Assembly (NCBI GenBank): GCA_964437855.1
Contig: CAYTJE010000002.1
Coordinates: forward strand, 1-50,727
Origin: an uncultured Anaerolineales bacterium
GTDB lineage: Bacteria > Planctomycetota > Phycisphaerae > FEN-1346
DNA: 50,727 nucleotides
Direction of reading: 5' to 3'
Below the pieces are notes generated by a model, which made no database searches, had not been told where the DNA came from, and worked only from the letters and a program-made list of their open reading frames with translations. Shown here one piece after another: positions 15,791-24,182 of the stretch. A program made the position numbers and the translations under genes. Positions within the stretch are counted from its first letter, which is position 1. Every line of letters starts with the position of its first letter.

Positions 15791-18217
15791 GTGCCCGACC
15801 AGATCGCAATCCAGAAGACGCCCACCCAGCCGGCGCCGGCGGAGGAGTCGCCCGCCATCCCGGAAAGCCTGCCCGTCATGCCGCTGCGCGACGTCGTGCT
15901 CTTTCCGGGCATCATCCAGCCGCTGACGGTGGGCCGGCCGCGAAGCCTCGCGCTCGTGCAGGAGGCGGCAATGGGCGACCGGCTGTTTGCCGCCATGCTC
16001 CAGAAGGACCCGGAGCAGGAGGAGCCGCCCTTCGACGCTATCCATCACGTCGGCTGCGCCGTGCGGATACTGAAACTGGTACGCCAGCCCGAGGGGACGC
16101 AGAACGTCATTATCCAGGCCATCGGCCGGGTCCGGGCCGAGGGGCTAGACCAGTCCGACCCGTTCTTCCGCGCCCGGGTCGCCCTGGTGCCCGACGTTCT
16201 CGACGAGGGGAAAGAACTCGACGCCCTGATGGTAACGGCGCAGGACCTGATGGTTCAGATCATCGAACTCTCGCCGCGCATTCCCCAGGAGGCGATGGCG
16301 GTCGTCGCCTCCATCGACCCGCCGGGGCGCCTGGCGGACTTCATTGCCGCCAACCTCAACATCCCCACCGAGCAAAAGCAGGACCTGCTGGAAGCGCCCC
16401 GCGTCGAAGATCGCCTGCGAACCGTTACCCGGCTGATGCAGCGAGAAATCGAAGTCCTTAAACTGGCCGATAAGATCCAAAGCGAGACCCGCGGACGCAT
16501 CGACCAGCGCCAGCGCGAACACTACCTCCGCGAACAACTCAAATCCATCCAGGACGAACTCGGTGAACAGGACGAGACAACCGTCCTGGTCAACCAGTTG
16601 CGGGCCGACCTCGATGCGGCCGGCATGCCCGACCCGGTCCGCCAGGAGGCCGATCGCGAACTCCGACGCATGGAGGCCATGCCCGCGGTCGCCCCCGACT
16701 TCAACGTCGTCCGCACCTACCTGGAATACCTGGCCGAACTCCCCTGGCAGCAGCGCAGCGAGGACCGCATCGACCTGGACGAGGCCGAACGCATCCTCAA
16801 CGAGGACCACTACGGCCTGGCCGAGCCCAAGAAGCGAATCCTGGAATACCTGGCCGTCCGCAAACTGCGGCAGCAGTTGCGAGGACCGATCCTGTGCTTC
16901 GTGGGCCCGCCGGGCGTCGGCAAGACGAGCCTCGGACAGAGCATCGCCCGGGCCATGGGCCGCACCTTCATCCGCGTCAGCCTGGGCGGCATGCGCGACG
17001 AGGCGGAAATCCGCGGCCACCGGCGCACCTACGTCGGCGCCATGCCCGGCCGCATCATCCTGGAACTCCGCAAGGCCGGCGTCAACAATCCCGTCTTCAT
17101 GCTGGACGAGGTCGATAAACTCGGCCGGGACTGGCGCGGCGACCCCACGAGCGCCCTCCTGGAGGTGCTGGACCCGGAGCAGAACTCGACCTTCACCGAC
17201 CACTACCTCGACGTGCCGTTCGACCTCTCGAGCGTCCTGTTTATCGGGACGGCCAACGTGCTGGACCCGATCCCGCCGGCCCTGAAGGACCGGCTGGAGG
17301 TCATCCGCCTTCCCGGCTACGTGGAGGCGGAGAAACTGGCCATCGCCCGCCGCTACCTGGTTCCCCGGCAGCGGGCCGAGCACGGCCTGAAGGCCAGGCA
17401 GATCCGCTTCACCCGGGGCGGGCTCCGGCAGATCATCCGCTATTACACCCACGAGGCCGGCGTCAGGGAACTCGAACGCCAGATCGCCGCCGCCTGCCGG
17501 GCCGTCGCCCGACGCATCACCCAACGCCGCACCCGAACCGTCAGCATCAAGGCCAACGCCGTCTCCGACCTCCTCGGCCCCGAACGCTACCTGCCGGAGG
17601 TCAAACTCCGAACCTCCACGCCCGGCGTGGCGACGGGCCTGGCCTGGACCCCGGCCGGCGGCGACATCCTCTTCATCGAGGCCACCGCCATGCCGGGCAC
17701 CGGCAAACTGAACCTGACCGGCCAACTGGGCGACGTGATGAAGGAATCGGCGCAGGCGGCCCTCTCGTACATCCGGTCGCGGGCCGAGGGCTGGCGCCTG
17801 GACCCCAAGACCTTCCGCTCAAAGGACCTCCATATTCACATCCCCGCCGGCGCCACGCCCAAGGACGGCCCCAGCGCCGGCATCACCGTCTTCACGGCCC
17901 TGACCAGCCTGCTGACCGGCCAGAGCGTCCGCAGCGACGTGGCCCTGACGGGCGAGATCACCCTTCGCGGCCTCGTCCTCCCGGTCGGCGGCGTCAAGGA
18001 AAAGGTCCTGGCCGCCAAACGCGCCGGCATCCGGACCGTCGTCCTCCCCGAGCGGAACCGGAAAGACGTGGAGGACATCCCCGCCGACATCCGCAGCGAC
18101 ATGACCTTCCACTACGTCCGAACGATGGAAGAGGCCCTGCCCCTGGCGCTGGCCGACGGCGGGGCGCCCTCGCAGGCCGGCAGAAAACCGCGCCGGAAGC
18201 GGAAGAAGTCCGGCTGA
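15791..18217 (+). CDS. lon: ATP-dependent Lon protease
   Basis: 808 aa with a GTG start. Has a LON N-domain, Walker A GPPGVGKTSLGQS and the catalytic PKDGPSAGIT Ser motif. Confidence 0.95.
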   Translation: MPDQIAIQKTPTQPAPAEESPAIPESLPVMPLRDVVLFPGIIQPLTVGRPRSLALVQEAAMGDRLFAAMLQKDPEQEEPPFDAIHHVGCAVRILKLVRQPEGTQNVIIQAIGRVRAEGLDQSDPFFRARVALVPDVLDEGKELDALMVTAQDLMVQIIELSPRIPQEAMAVVASIDPPGRLADFIAANLNIPTEQKQDLLEAPRVEDRLRTVTRLMQREIEVLKLADKIQSETRGRIDQRQREHYLREQLKSIQDELGEQDETTVLVNQLRADLDAAGMPDPVRQEADRELRRMEAMPAVAPDFNVVRTYLEYLAELPWQQRSEDRIDLDEAERILNEDHYGLAEPKKRILEYLAVRKLRQQLRGPILCFVGPPGVGKTSLGQSIARAMGRTFIRVSLGGMRDEAEIRGHRRTYVGAMPGRIILELRKAGVNNPVFMLDEVDKLGRDWRGDPTSALLEVLDPEQNSTFTDHYLDVPFDLSSVLFIGTANVLDPIPPALKDRLEVIRLPGYVEAEKLAIARRYLVPRQRAEHGLKARQIRFTRGGLRQIIRYYTHEAGVRELERQIAAACRAVARRITQRRTRTVSIKANAVSDLLGPERYLPEVKLRTSTPGVATGLAWTPAGGDILFIEATAMPGTGKLNLTGQLGDVMKESAQAALSYIRSRAEGWRLDPKTFRSKDLHIHIPAGATPKDGPSAGITVFTALTSLLTGQSVRSDVALTGEITLRGLVLPVGGVKEKVLAAKRAGIRTVVLPERNRKDVEDIPADIRSDMTFHYVRTMEEALPLALADGGAPSQAGRKPRRKRKKSG

Positions 18218-18236
18218 GCCGTCCCACAGCCCCTTT

Positions 18237-18340
18237 GCGCGGCGAGTCTCCGCACCCGCCGCGCGGAATCGTGTTTCTCGTGTGTGGCCCGGCCCGTACG
18301 GGCCGGGAGAGCACGGATTGACAAGCAATCCGTGGCACCG
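18237..18340 (+). repeat. Three-hairpin composite element, copy 1
   Basis: Order of parts: hairpin GCGCGGCGAGTCTCCGCACCCGCCGCGC, linker GGAATCGTGTTTCTCGTGTGTG, hairpin GCCCGGCCCGTACGGGCCGGG, AGAG, hairpin CACGGATTG-ACAAG-CAATCCGTG, then GCACC. Starts 20 nt after the lon stop. Confidence 0.75.
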
Positions 18341-18368
18341 GCGCCGCGCGGCAAGGGCGCAGGACCGC

Positions 18369-18965
18369 TTACGGCGATTCGTCCTCGTACACGATCTGGC
18401 TGCGCACCGGGTACCCCTGCAACCTGGCCCGGCCGCCGAGGAAAGCCAGTTCGATGAGGAACTCGACGCCGACGACCCGGGCGCCGGCCCGCTCGACCAA
18501 CTCGCACGAGGCCGCCATCGTGCCGCCGGTCGCCAACAGGTCGTCCACCATCAGGACGCGCGCGCCGTCGGTCACGGCGTCGGTGTGCATCTCAACCGTG
18601 TCGGTGCCGTACTCCAGGTCGTAGGTGGCGCTGAGTGTCTCGGCCGGCAGTTTTCCCTTCTTGCGGACCGGCACGAAGGCGACCCCCAGGCGAAGGGCGA
18701 TGGGGGCGCCAAAAATAAAACCCCGCGATTCGGCGCCGACGACGGCGTCCACGTCGCCCTCCGCGTACGGCTCGGCCATGCGGCGAAGGGCCGCGTCGAA
18801 CGCCCGCGGGTCCTTCAAGAGCGGGGTGATGTCACGGAACATGATGCCCGGCTTCGGGAAGTCGGGGATGCCGCGGATGCTGGCACGAAGGTCAACCGTC
18901 CCGGCCGATTCGCTCACGCGGACCTCCTGTAGCGGGCGGAGAAGACGGGGCCGGACGCCGGTCAC
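18369..18965 (-). CDS. apt: Adenine phosphoribosyltransferase
   Basis: Shows IPDFPKPGIMFRDITPLL and the PRPP-binding VLMVDDLLATGGT motif. Its GTG start overlaps the upstream sigma-gene stop (GTGA). Confidence 0.88.
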   Translation of the reverse strand: MTGVRPRLLRPLQEVRVSESAGTVDLRASIRGIPDFPKPGIMFRDITPLLKDPRAFDAALRRMAEPYAEGDVDAVVGAESRGFIFGAPIALRLGVAFVPVRKKGKLPAETLSATYDLEYGTDTVEMHTDAVTDGARVLMVDDLLATGGTMAASCELVERAGARVVGVEFLIELAFLGGRARLQGYPVRSQIVYEDESP

Positions 18966-19795
18966 TGGGTGACCGCGGCACCGACGCCCTCTTCCTGGCT
19001 GCGGACGGCCTCCAGGATGGTGGCGACGGCGTCGCGTTCGATCTGGCGGACGCGTTCGCGGGTCAGGCCGATTCGCTCGCCGATCTCTTTGAGTGTCAGC
19101 GGCTCGTTGCCGTCCAGTCCGAATCGCAGGCGGAGGATTTCGGCGGCGCGCTCGTCAATCCGGCTGAGCATGTCGTTGACGGCGGCCTTCCGGCGGTTCT
19201 CCAGAAGGATGTCGGCGGGCGAGGGAGCGCCCTCGTCGGCCACCATCTCCGAGAGGGACCAGTCCGAGTCCTCCGACGTCGCCTGGTACGGGGCGCAGAA
19301 CGCCCGGGCCGCCCGGGCGATGACCACGATCTTCCGCTTCGAGAGCCCCATCGCCTTGGCAATCTCTTCCTGGGAGGCCGGCCGGCCCAGGTCGCACTCC
19401 AACTGGACGGCCGTCCGGCGCCACTTGTTGATCATCTCGACCATGTAGGCGGGAATCTCGACCGGCTTGACGGCGTTGATGAGGCTCCGCTTGATCGACT
19501 GCCGGATCCACCACGAGGCGTACGTCGAGAACCGGCATCCCTGGGCAGGATCAAACTTCTCCACCGCCCGCAAAAGGCCCAAGTTCCCCTCTTCAATCAG
19601 GTCAAGCAGACTCAGGCCCCGGCGAGTATAGTTCTTGGCGATGGAGACCACCAGGCGGAGGTTGCAGCGGATCATCTCGTCGCGGGCCAGCAGGTCGCCC
19701 TTCCGGATCCGCCGGGCGAGTTGAATCTCCTCCTCCGGCGCGAGGAGGCGCGTCTGGTTAATCTCCCGCAGATACAACTGCAGGCCAGAATCCAT
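18962..19795 (-). CDS. RNA polymerase sigma factor, sigma-70 family (regions 1.2-4, no long region 1.1)
   Basis: Shows LYLREINQTRLLAPEEEIQLA (region 1.2), NLRLVVSIAKNY and DLIEEGNLGLLRAVEKFD (region 2), and LTLKEIGERIGLTRERVRQIE (region 4.2). The start is uncertain: ATG at 19795 is preferred (GAGG RBS); alternatives are 19819 and 19867. Confidence 0.85.
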   Translation of the reverse strand: MDSGLQLYLREINQTRLLAPEEEIQLARRIRKGDLLARDEMIRCNLRLVVSIAKNYTRRGLSLLDLIEEGNLGLLRAVEKFDPAQGCRFSTYASWWIRQSIKRSLINAVKPVEIPAYMVEMINKWRRTAVQLECDLGRPASQEEIAKAMGLSKRKIVVIARAARAFCAPYQATSEDSDWSLSEMVADEGAPSPADILLENRRKAAVNDMLSRIDERAAEILRLRFGLDGNEPLTLKEIGERIGLTRERVRQIERDAVATILEAVRSQEEGVGAAVTQ

Positions 19796-19938
19796 GCGCT
19801 GACCCCTCTTCCTGCCCATCGGTGACGTGGCCCCTCTCCGGCCAACCCCATGCGTGCGGGGTGACACCCCTGCCGGGTATGTTTTGCGGCCCGTCTCAGC
19901 GAAACTGCCGACGACTTGCAGCCAGAAAAGGCTACCTT

Positions 19939-19968
19939 ATTCTACGCCCACCCGTAAAACGTTGGCAA
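19939..19968 (-). promoter_or_regulatory. Candidate sigma-70 promoter with an A-rich UP-like element for the sigma-factor gene (TTGCCA-N18-TAGAAT)
   Basis: On the minus strand: TTGCCA at 19968..19963 and TAGAAT at 19944..19939, preceded by CAAAAAATTCTC. Confidence 0.4.
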
Positions 19969-20164
19969 GAGAATTTTTTGAACTCACGCGGCGCTCACGC
20001 GACCCACACCGGACCTTTGCGCCGCGTCCTCACCGCCCGTCCGCCACGTGCAGACGCCTCGTCCGAGAGCGCCGGGCGATTTGGGCCTCTGCGGCGGCAA
20101 ACGCTCGAGCGGCAAGACGCCAACCGACCCCGAAAGGGCGGCAGAGATGGGCACGGCCCTTATC

Positions 20165-20278
20165 ACGACAACGCTAAGTCGGCGTTCCGCGCGGCCCGTC
20201 CGAGCCGCGCCGAAACCGCCCATGTTGGCTTTGCGCGGCGGGTCGGGAGACCCGCCGCGCGGAAAGTCGCGTTGCAGG
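20165..20278 (-). repeat. Composite REP/BIME-like unit, inverted copy of the unit at 42931-43063
   Basis: The reverse complement reads ..GCGCAAAGCCAACATGGGCGGTTTCGGCGCGG..CCGCGCGGAACGCCGACTTAGCGTTGTCG. This is nearly identical to 42990-43063. Confidence 0.75.
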
Positions 20279-20303
20279 CTTAAACCCCGGGGGATCGGAT
20301 GAC

Positions 20304-22430
20304 TCAGGACTCCTCGTCCCCGGCCTGCGTCTGGTCCGGTTCGTCGTCACCCGGTGTCTCGGCGGCGGCGTTGTCCTCATCCTCGTCGGGCTCGGACTTC
20401 TCGTCCGCGGCCTCGTCGTCGGCCTGGGCGGGTTCGGTCCGTTCGGATCCCTTTGGGACCTCCTCGTCCGCTTCGGGTTCCTCCTCGGCCGTTTCGTCGG
20501 CGGCCTCCTCGGCCGTTTCGTCGGCGGCCTCGTCGGCGGTTTCCCCGGCGGCCTCGTCGGCGGTTTCCTCGGCCGCCTGTGCGGCGTCGGCCTCACCCTC
20601 GGCGGGGGCGGGCGTCTCCTGTTCGGCGGAGACACCCGGCAGCGGGGTGCCGAAGAGGGTCGTGGCGCCCGCGGCCTCACCCGCCGCCGCGTCTTCCTCG
20701 GCCGGTTCGATGCCGCCGAGCCTCGGCTCGGCCCGGGCCGCTTCGGGCGGCGCCTCTTCCTCCTCGGCCGCCCACTGGACCCGCTTCAGGCTGAGGCCGA
20801 TCTTGCGGTCCTCGATGTCAACGCGGAGCACCTTCACGTCGATCTCGTCGCCGGTGGAGACGACCTCTTCGGGGTTATCAACCTTGTGGTCGGCCAGTTC
20901 CGAGACGTGCAGGAGCCCCTCCAGGCCCTCCTCCAGTTCGACGAACACGCCGAAGTTCGTGACCTTGGTCACCTTGCCGCGCACGATGGCGCCGGCCACG
21001 TAGGCTTCGGGGATGCGGCGTTCCCAGGGGTCCTCGTCGAGTTGCTTGAGGCCCAGGGCCACCCGCTTCTTGTCCTGGTCCACGCTCAGGATCTGGCACT
21101 TGACGGTCTGGCCCTTCTTGAGCACCTCCGAGGGGTGGTTGACCTTCTGCGTCCACGACATGTCCGAGACGTGCAGCAGGCCGTCGATGCCCTCCTCGAT
21201 CTCGATGAACGCGCCGTAGTTGGCCAGGTTCTGGACGACGCCCTCGATCACGGTGCCGGGCGGGTATTTCTCTTTGACCAGGGTCCACGGGTTGACCTCG
21301 GTCTGCTTCATGCCGAGGCTGATCTCCTGCTTGGCCTTGTCGATGGCCAGGACGACCACCTCCACCTCGTCGCCCACGCTGACCATCTCGGAGGGATGGC
21401 TCACGCGCCGGGTCCACGACATTTCGCTGACGTGGACGAGGCCCTCGATGCCTTCTTCGAGTTTCACGAAGGCCCCGTACGGGGTGATGTTGACCACCTC
21501 GCCGGTCACCTTCTCGCCGACGGGGTACTTGGCCTCGATGTTGTGCCAGGGCGAGGCGGTCTTCTGCTTCAGTCCCAGGGCCACCTTTTCCTTCTCGCGG
21601 TCGATCGACAGGATCTTGACCCGCAGGGCCTGGTCGATGGAGACGACCTCGCTCGGATGGCCCACGCGGCCCCAGGCCACGTCCGTGATGTGCAGCAGCC
21701 CGTCCAGGCCGCCCAGGTCCACGAAGGCGCCGAAGTCGGCGATGTTCTTGACCACGCCGTCGCGCATCTGGCCCACGTGCATCGTCTGGAGAAGGTTGCG
21801 TTTGGCCTCCTCGCGCTCCTCCTCAATCAGCCGGCGCCGCGACACGACGATGTTCCGGCGGTCGGGGTCGATCTTCAGGATCTTGCACGTAATCTCCTTG
21901 CCGATGTACGTCGAGACGTCCGCCGGCCGGCGGATGTCCACCTGGCTGGCCGGCAGGAACACCGGCACGCCGATGTCCACGAGCAGGCCGCCCTTGATCT
22001 TCCGGCTGACGCGGCCGCGGACCTCGTCCCCCTCGGAGTAGGTGTTCAGGACGCGTTCCCACCCCTTGATGCGGTCGGCCTTCCGCTTCGACAGCAGCAC
22101 CAGGCCGCTCTCGTCCTCAACGGCCTCGAGCAGGACGTCGACCTCCTGGCCGATCTCGACCTCCGCCCCGCCGAACTCGTCCAGGGGCACGCTGCCCTCG
22201 CTCTTGAAGCCCACGTCGATGAACGCCTCGTTGCCGATGAGGCGTACCACCCGGCCGGTCACGACGCTGCCCGTCTCGAACGCCCGGATCGAATCCTCGT
22301 AGAGTTGCTCTAACTGGTCGGTGTCGTCCATCCGGCCCAGGACCGCCTCCACCTCGTGGTCGACGTCCGGGTCGTTCAGCCCGTACTGGCGATTGAGTTG
22401 GCTCTTCTGCATGTTCCTGATATCTCTCAT
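20304..22430 (-). CDS. rpsA: 30S ribosomal protein S1 with a C-terminal acidic low-complexity extension
   Basis: 708 aa. Six S1 (OB-fold) repeats are recognisable (e.g. GSVVTGRVVRL, GDEVRGRVSRKIKGGL, GQMRDGVVKNIADFGAFVDL, GEKVTGEVVNITPYGAFVKL, GTVIEGVVQNLANYGAFIEI, GAIVRGKVTKVTNFGVFVEL). A Glu/Asp/Ala-rich tail of about 155 aa follows. The start may instead be the internal ATG at 22412. Confidence 0.9.
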   Translation of the reverse strand: MRDIRNMQKSQLNRQYGLNDPDVDHEVEAVLGRMDDTDQLEQLYEDSIRAFETGSVVTGRVVRLIGNEAFIDVGFKSEGSVPLDEFGGAEVEIGQEVDVLLEAVEDESGLVLLSKRKADRIKGWERVLNTYSEGDEVRGRVSRKIKGGLLVDIGVPVFLPASQVDIRRPADVSTYIGKEITCKILKIDPDRRNIVVSRRRLIEEEREEAKRNLLQTMHVGQMRDGVVKNIADFGAFVDLGGLDGLLHITDVAWGRVGHPSEVVSIDQALRVKILSIDREKEKVALGLKQKTASPWHNIEAKYPVGEKVTGEVVNITPYGAFVKLEEGIEGLVHVSEMSWTRRVSHPSEMVSVGDEVEVVVLAIDKAKQEISLGMKQTEVNPWTLVKEKYPPGTVIEGVVQNLANYGAFIEIEEGIDGLLHVSDMSWTQKVNHPSEVLKKGQTVKCQILSVDQDKKRVALGLKQLDEDPWERRIPEAYVAGAIVRGKVTKVTNFGVFVELEEGLEGLLHVSELADHKVDNPEEVVSTGDEIDVKVLRVDIEDRKIGLSLKRVQWAAEEEEAPPEAARAEPRLGGIEPAEEDAAAGEAAGATTLFGTPLPGVSAEQETPAPAEGEADAAQAAEETADEAAGETADEAADETAEEAADETAEEEPEADEEVPKGSERTEPAQADDEAADEKSEPDEDEDNAAAETPGDDEPDQTQAGDEES
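20481..20576. repeat. Tandem 24-bp repeat x4 inside the rpsA tail
   Basis: Units at 20481-20504, 20505-20528, 20529-20552 and 20553-20576 (TCCTCGGCCGTTTCGTCGGCGGCC and variants). On the minus strand they encode AAEETADE/AAGETADE/AADETAEE/AADETAEE. Confidence 0.85.
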
Positions 22431-22548
22431 CCCGATTCATTGCCATACGGCGAGGTGCTTTACGCCCGACCGCCGGGCGACTCGCCGCCCTCGACCCTCG
22501 AGGCTTTCGGCCTCCGTCGGCCCGGAAGTGGTTCAGCCTACCGCCCGG

Positions 22549-23418
22549 CTAGGCGGATTGCAAGAGCCGAATCCGCTCGCAGACGGCGTCGATGATCCAC
22601 TGCGGCGTGGAGGCCCCCGCCGTCACCCCCACCCGGGGCCGGCCCGCGAGCATCTCCGGCCGGACCTCCTCGGCCACCTCCACGTGACAGGTCGGCACGC
22701 CGTGACCCGCACACAGTTCCGCCAGCCGGTTCGTGTTGGCGCTGTTGCGGCCGCCGATGACGAACATCACGTCCACCCGGTCCGCCAGGTCCGCCGCGGC
22801 CCGCTGCCGCCGGGCCGTGGCCGTGCAGATCGTCCGGACCACCCGGGCGTCGTCCGGGTCCCGGCGGACCAGTTCCATCCCCATCCGGCGGAACACCTCC
22901 GGCGAGAACGTGGTCTGCGCCACCAGCGCCACCCGCCCGGACACGTCCAGGCCGCCCACCGCCTCCGGCGTGCTGACGACGGCCGCCCGCGGCGCGTGGC
23001 CCTGGATGGCACGGACCTCCGGATGCGCCGCGTCGCCGGCCACCACCACCTGCCACCCGTCCCGTTCCAGGTCCATCGCCAGCGTCTGGACGCGCCGCAC
23101 CAGGGGGCACGCGGCGTCGGACACGTTCAAGCCGCGGGCCCGCGCCTCGGCGACCATGTCCGGCGACAGGCCGTGGCTCCGGATCACCAGGGTGGCCCCC
23201 GGCGCCGCCTCGTCCAGCGACTCGATCACCTGGAACCCTTTCCGGGCCAGCCGCGCCACCTCCTGCGGGTTATGGATGAGCGGACCGAGACAGTAGACGG
23301 GCCGGCCGTCGGCCAGGGCCGCCTCCGCCAGCCGGAGGGCCCGCTTCACGCCGAAACACACGCCGGCCTCCCGGGCCACCTCGATACCGGGCCCCGCCGG
23401 CCCAGGCGTCTGGCTCAT
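22549..23418 (-). CDS. ispH: 4-hydroxy-3-methylbut-2-enyl diphosphate reductase
   Basis: 289 aa from the ATG at 23418. Shows GVCFGVKRA, PLIHNPQEV, VIRSHG, DAACPLV, AQTTFS, RTICTATARRQ and TAGASTPQW, all LytB/IspH hallmarks. The ORF-track ORF 22549..23817 is trimmed because its extension overlaps plsC. Confidence 0.9.
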   Translation of the reverse strand: MSQTPGPAGPGIEVAREAGVCFGVKRALRLAEAALADGRPVYCLGPLIHNPQEVARLARKGFQVIESLDEAAPGATLVIRSHGLSPDMVAEARARGLNVSDAACPLVRRVQTLAMDLERDGWQVVVAGDAAHPEVRAIQGHAPRAAVVSTPEAVGGLDVSGRVALVAQTTFSPEVFRRMGMELVRRDPDDARVVRTICTATARRQRAAADLADRVDVMFVIGGRNSANTNRLAELCAGHGVPTCHVEVAEEVRPEMLAGRPRVGVTAGASTPQWIIDAVCERIRLLQSA

Positions 23419-24182
23419 CGCCTCTCCCTCCGCGAGCGCAGCCGACGCTGCACCTCCACCATCTCCCGCCGGACGGCGTCCAGGACCTCGGCCGGGTCGC
23501 GCCCCGCCGCCGCCTCGGCCGACACCGGCCGACCGCACGCCACCCGAATCGGGTGCGGCCGGGGCAGCCGTCGGGACCGCGGCCAGGCCTCGAACGCCCC
23601 GTCGATGACGAGCGGCAGGATCGGCACGCCCGCCCGCCGGGCCAGCATGACCGGCCCCGCACGGAGCCGGCCGATGGCCCCGTCGCGCGTCCGCGTCCCT
23701 TCCGGAAACATGAGGACCACCGCCCCGCCCTTCAGCCGCCGAAGCGCCTCCCGCACCGCCCCCATATCCGCCGACCCCCGCCGCACCGGAAACGCGTGGA
23801 GGCTCCGAATCAGCCACGCGAATGGCGGGAACCGGAACAGCGACCGCCGGGCCATCGGATGAAACGGCCGCGGCATCCCCACCGCCGCCAGAACCGGGTC
23901 CAGGTAACTCTGGTGGTTCGAGACCACCAGCACGCCGCCCCGTCGCGGCAGCCGCCGCCGACCCTCCACACGAATCCGGAACACCACGGCGAACAGCACC
24001 CGCGCCACCTGCTGGAGCACGGCGTACCAGGCCGCCCCTGACGCCGCAAGGCTGCGGGGCCGTCTTGCGCGGTGGGTCTCCGTACCCACCGCGCTCGAAT
24101 CTCCCGCGCTGCCTCTGCGCGGCCCGTACGGGCCGCGCACAAAGGAGCGTAGGAGTGCGGAGAGCCTGTCCGAAGCGTTCAC
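23415..24182 (-). CDS. plsC: 1-acyl-sn-glycerol-3-phosphate acyltransferase
   Basis: Has the SNHQSYLDP (NHxxxxD) and FPEGTRTRDG acyltransferase motifs. Its stop overlaps the ispH start (ATGA). The first ~45 codons from the GTG at 24182 are REP-element sequence, so the true start may be nearer 24040. Confidence 0.8.
   Translation of the reverse strand: MNASDRLSALLRSFVRGPYGPRRGSAGDSSAVGTETHRARRPRSLAASGAAWYAVLQQVARVLFAVVFRIRVEGRRRLPRRGGVLVVSNHQSYLDPVLAAVGMPRPFHPMARRSLFRFPPFAWLIRSLHAFPVRRGSADMGAVREALRRLKGGAVVLMFPEGTRTRDGAIGRLRAGPVMLARRAGVPILPLVIDGAFEAWPRSRRLPRPHPIRVACGRPVSAEAAAGRDPAEVLDAVRREMVEVQRRLRSRRERR
24067..24138. repeat. REP-like pair (GCGCGGTGGGTCTCCGTACCCACCGCGC and GCGCGGCCCGTACGGGCCGCGC)
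   Basis: Perfect palindromes at 24067-24094 and 24117-24138, between the cmk stop and the conserved part of plsC. Confidence 0.8.

Noticed and set aside
18331-18345. TGGCAC immediately after the 9-bp-stem hairpins, considered as a sigma-54 -24 element
   Set aside because: No TTGC at the required GG-N10-GC spacing follows in any copy (e.g. TGGCACCGGCGCCGCG). The motif seems to be part of the repeat itself.
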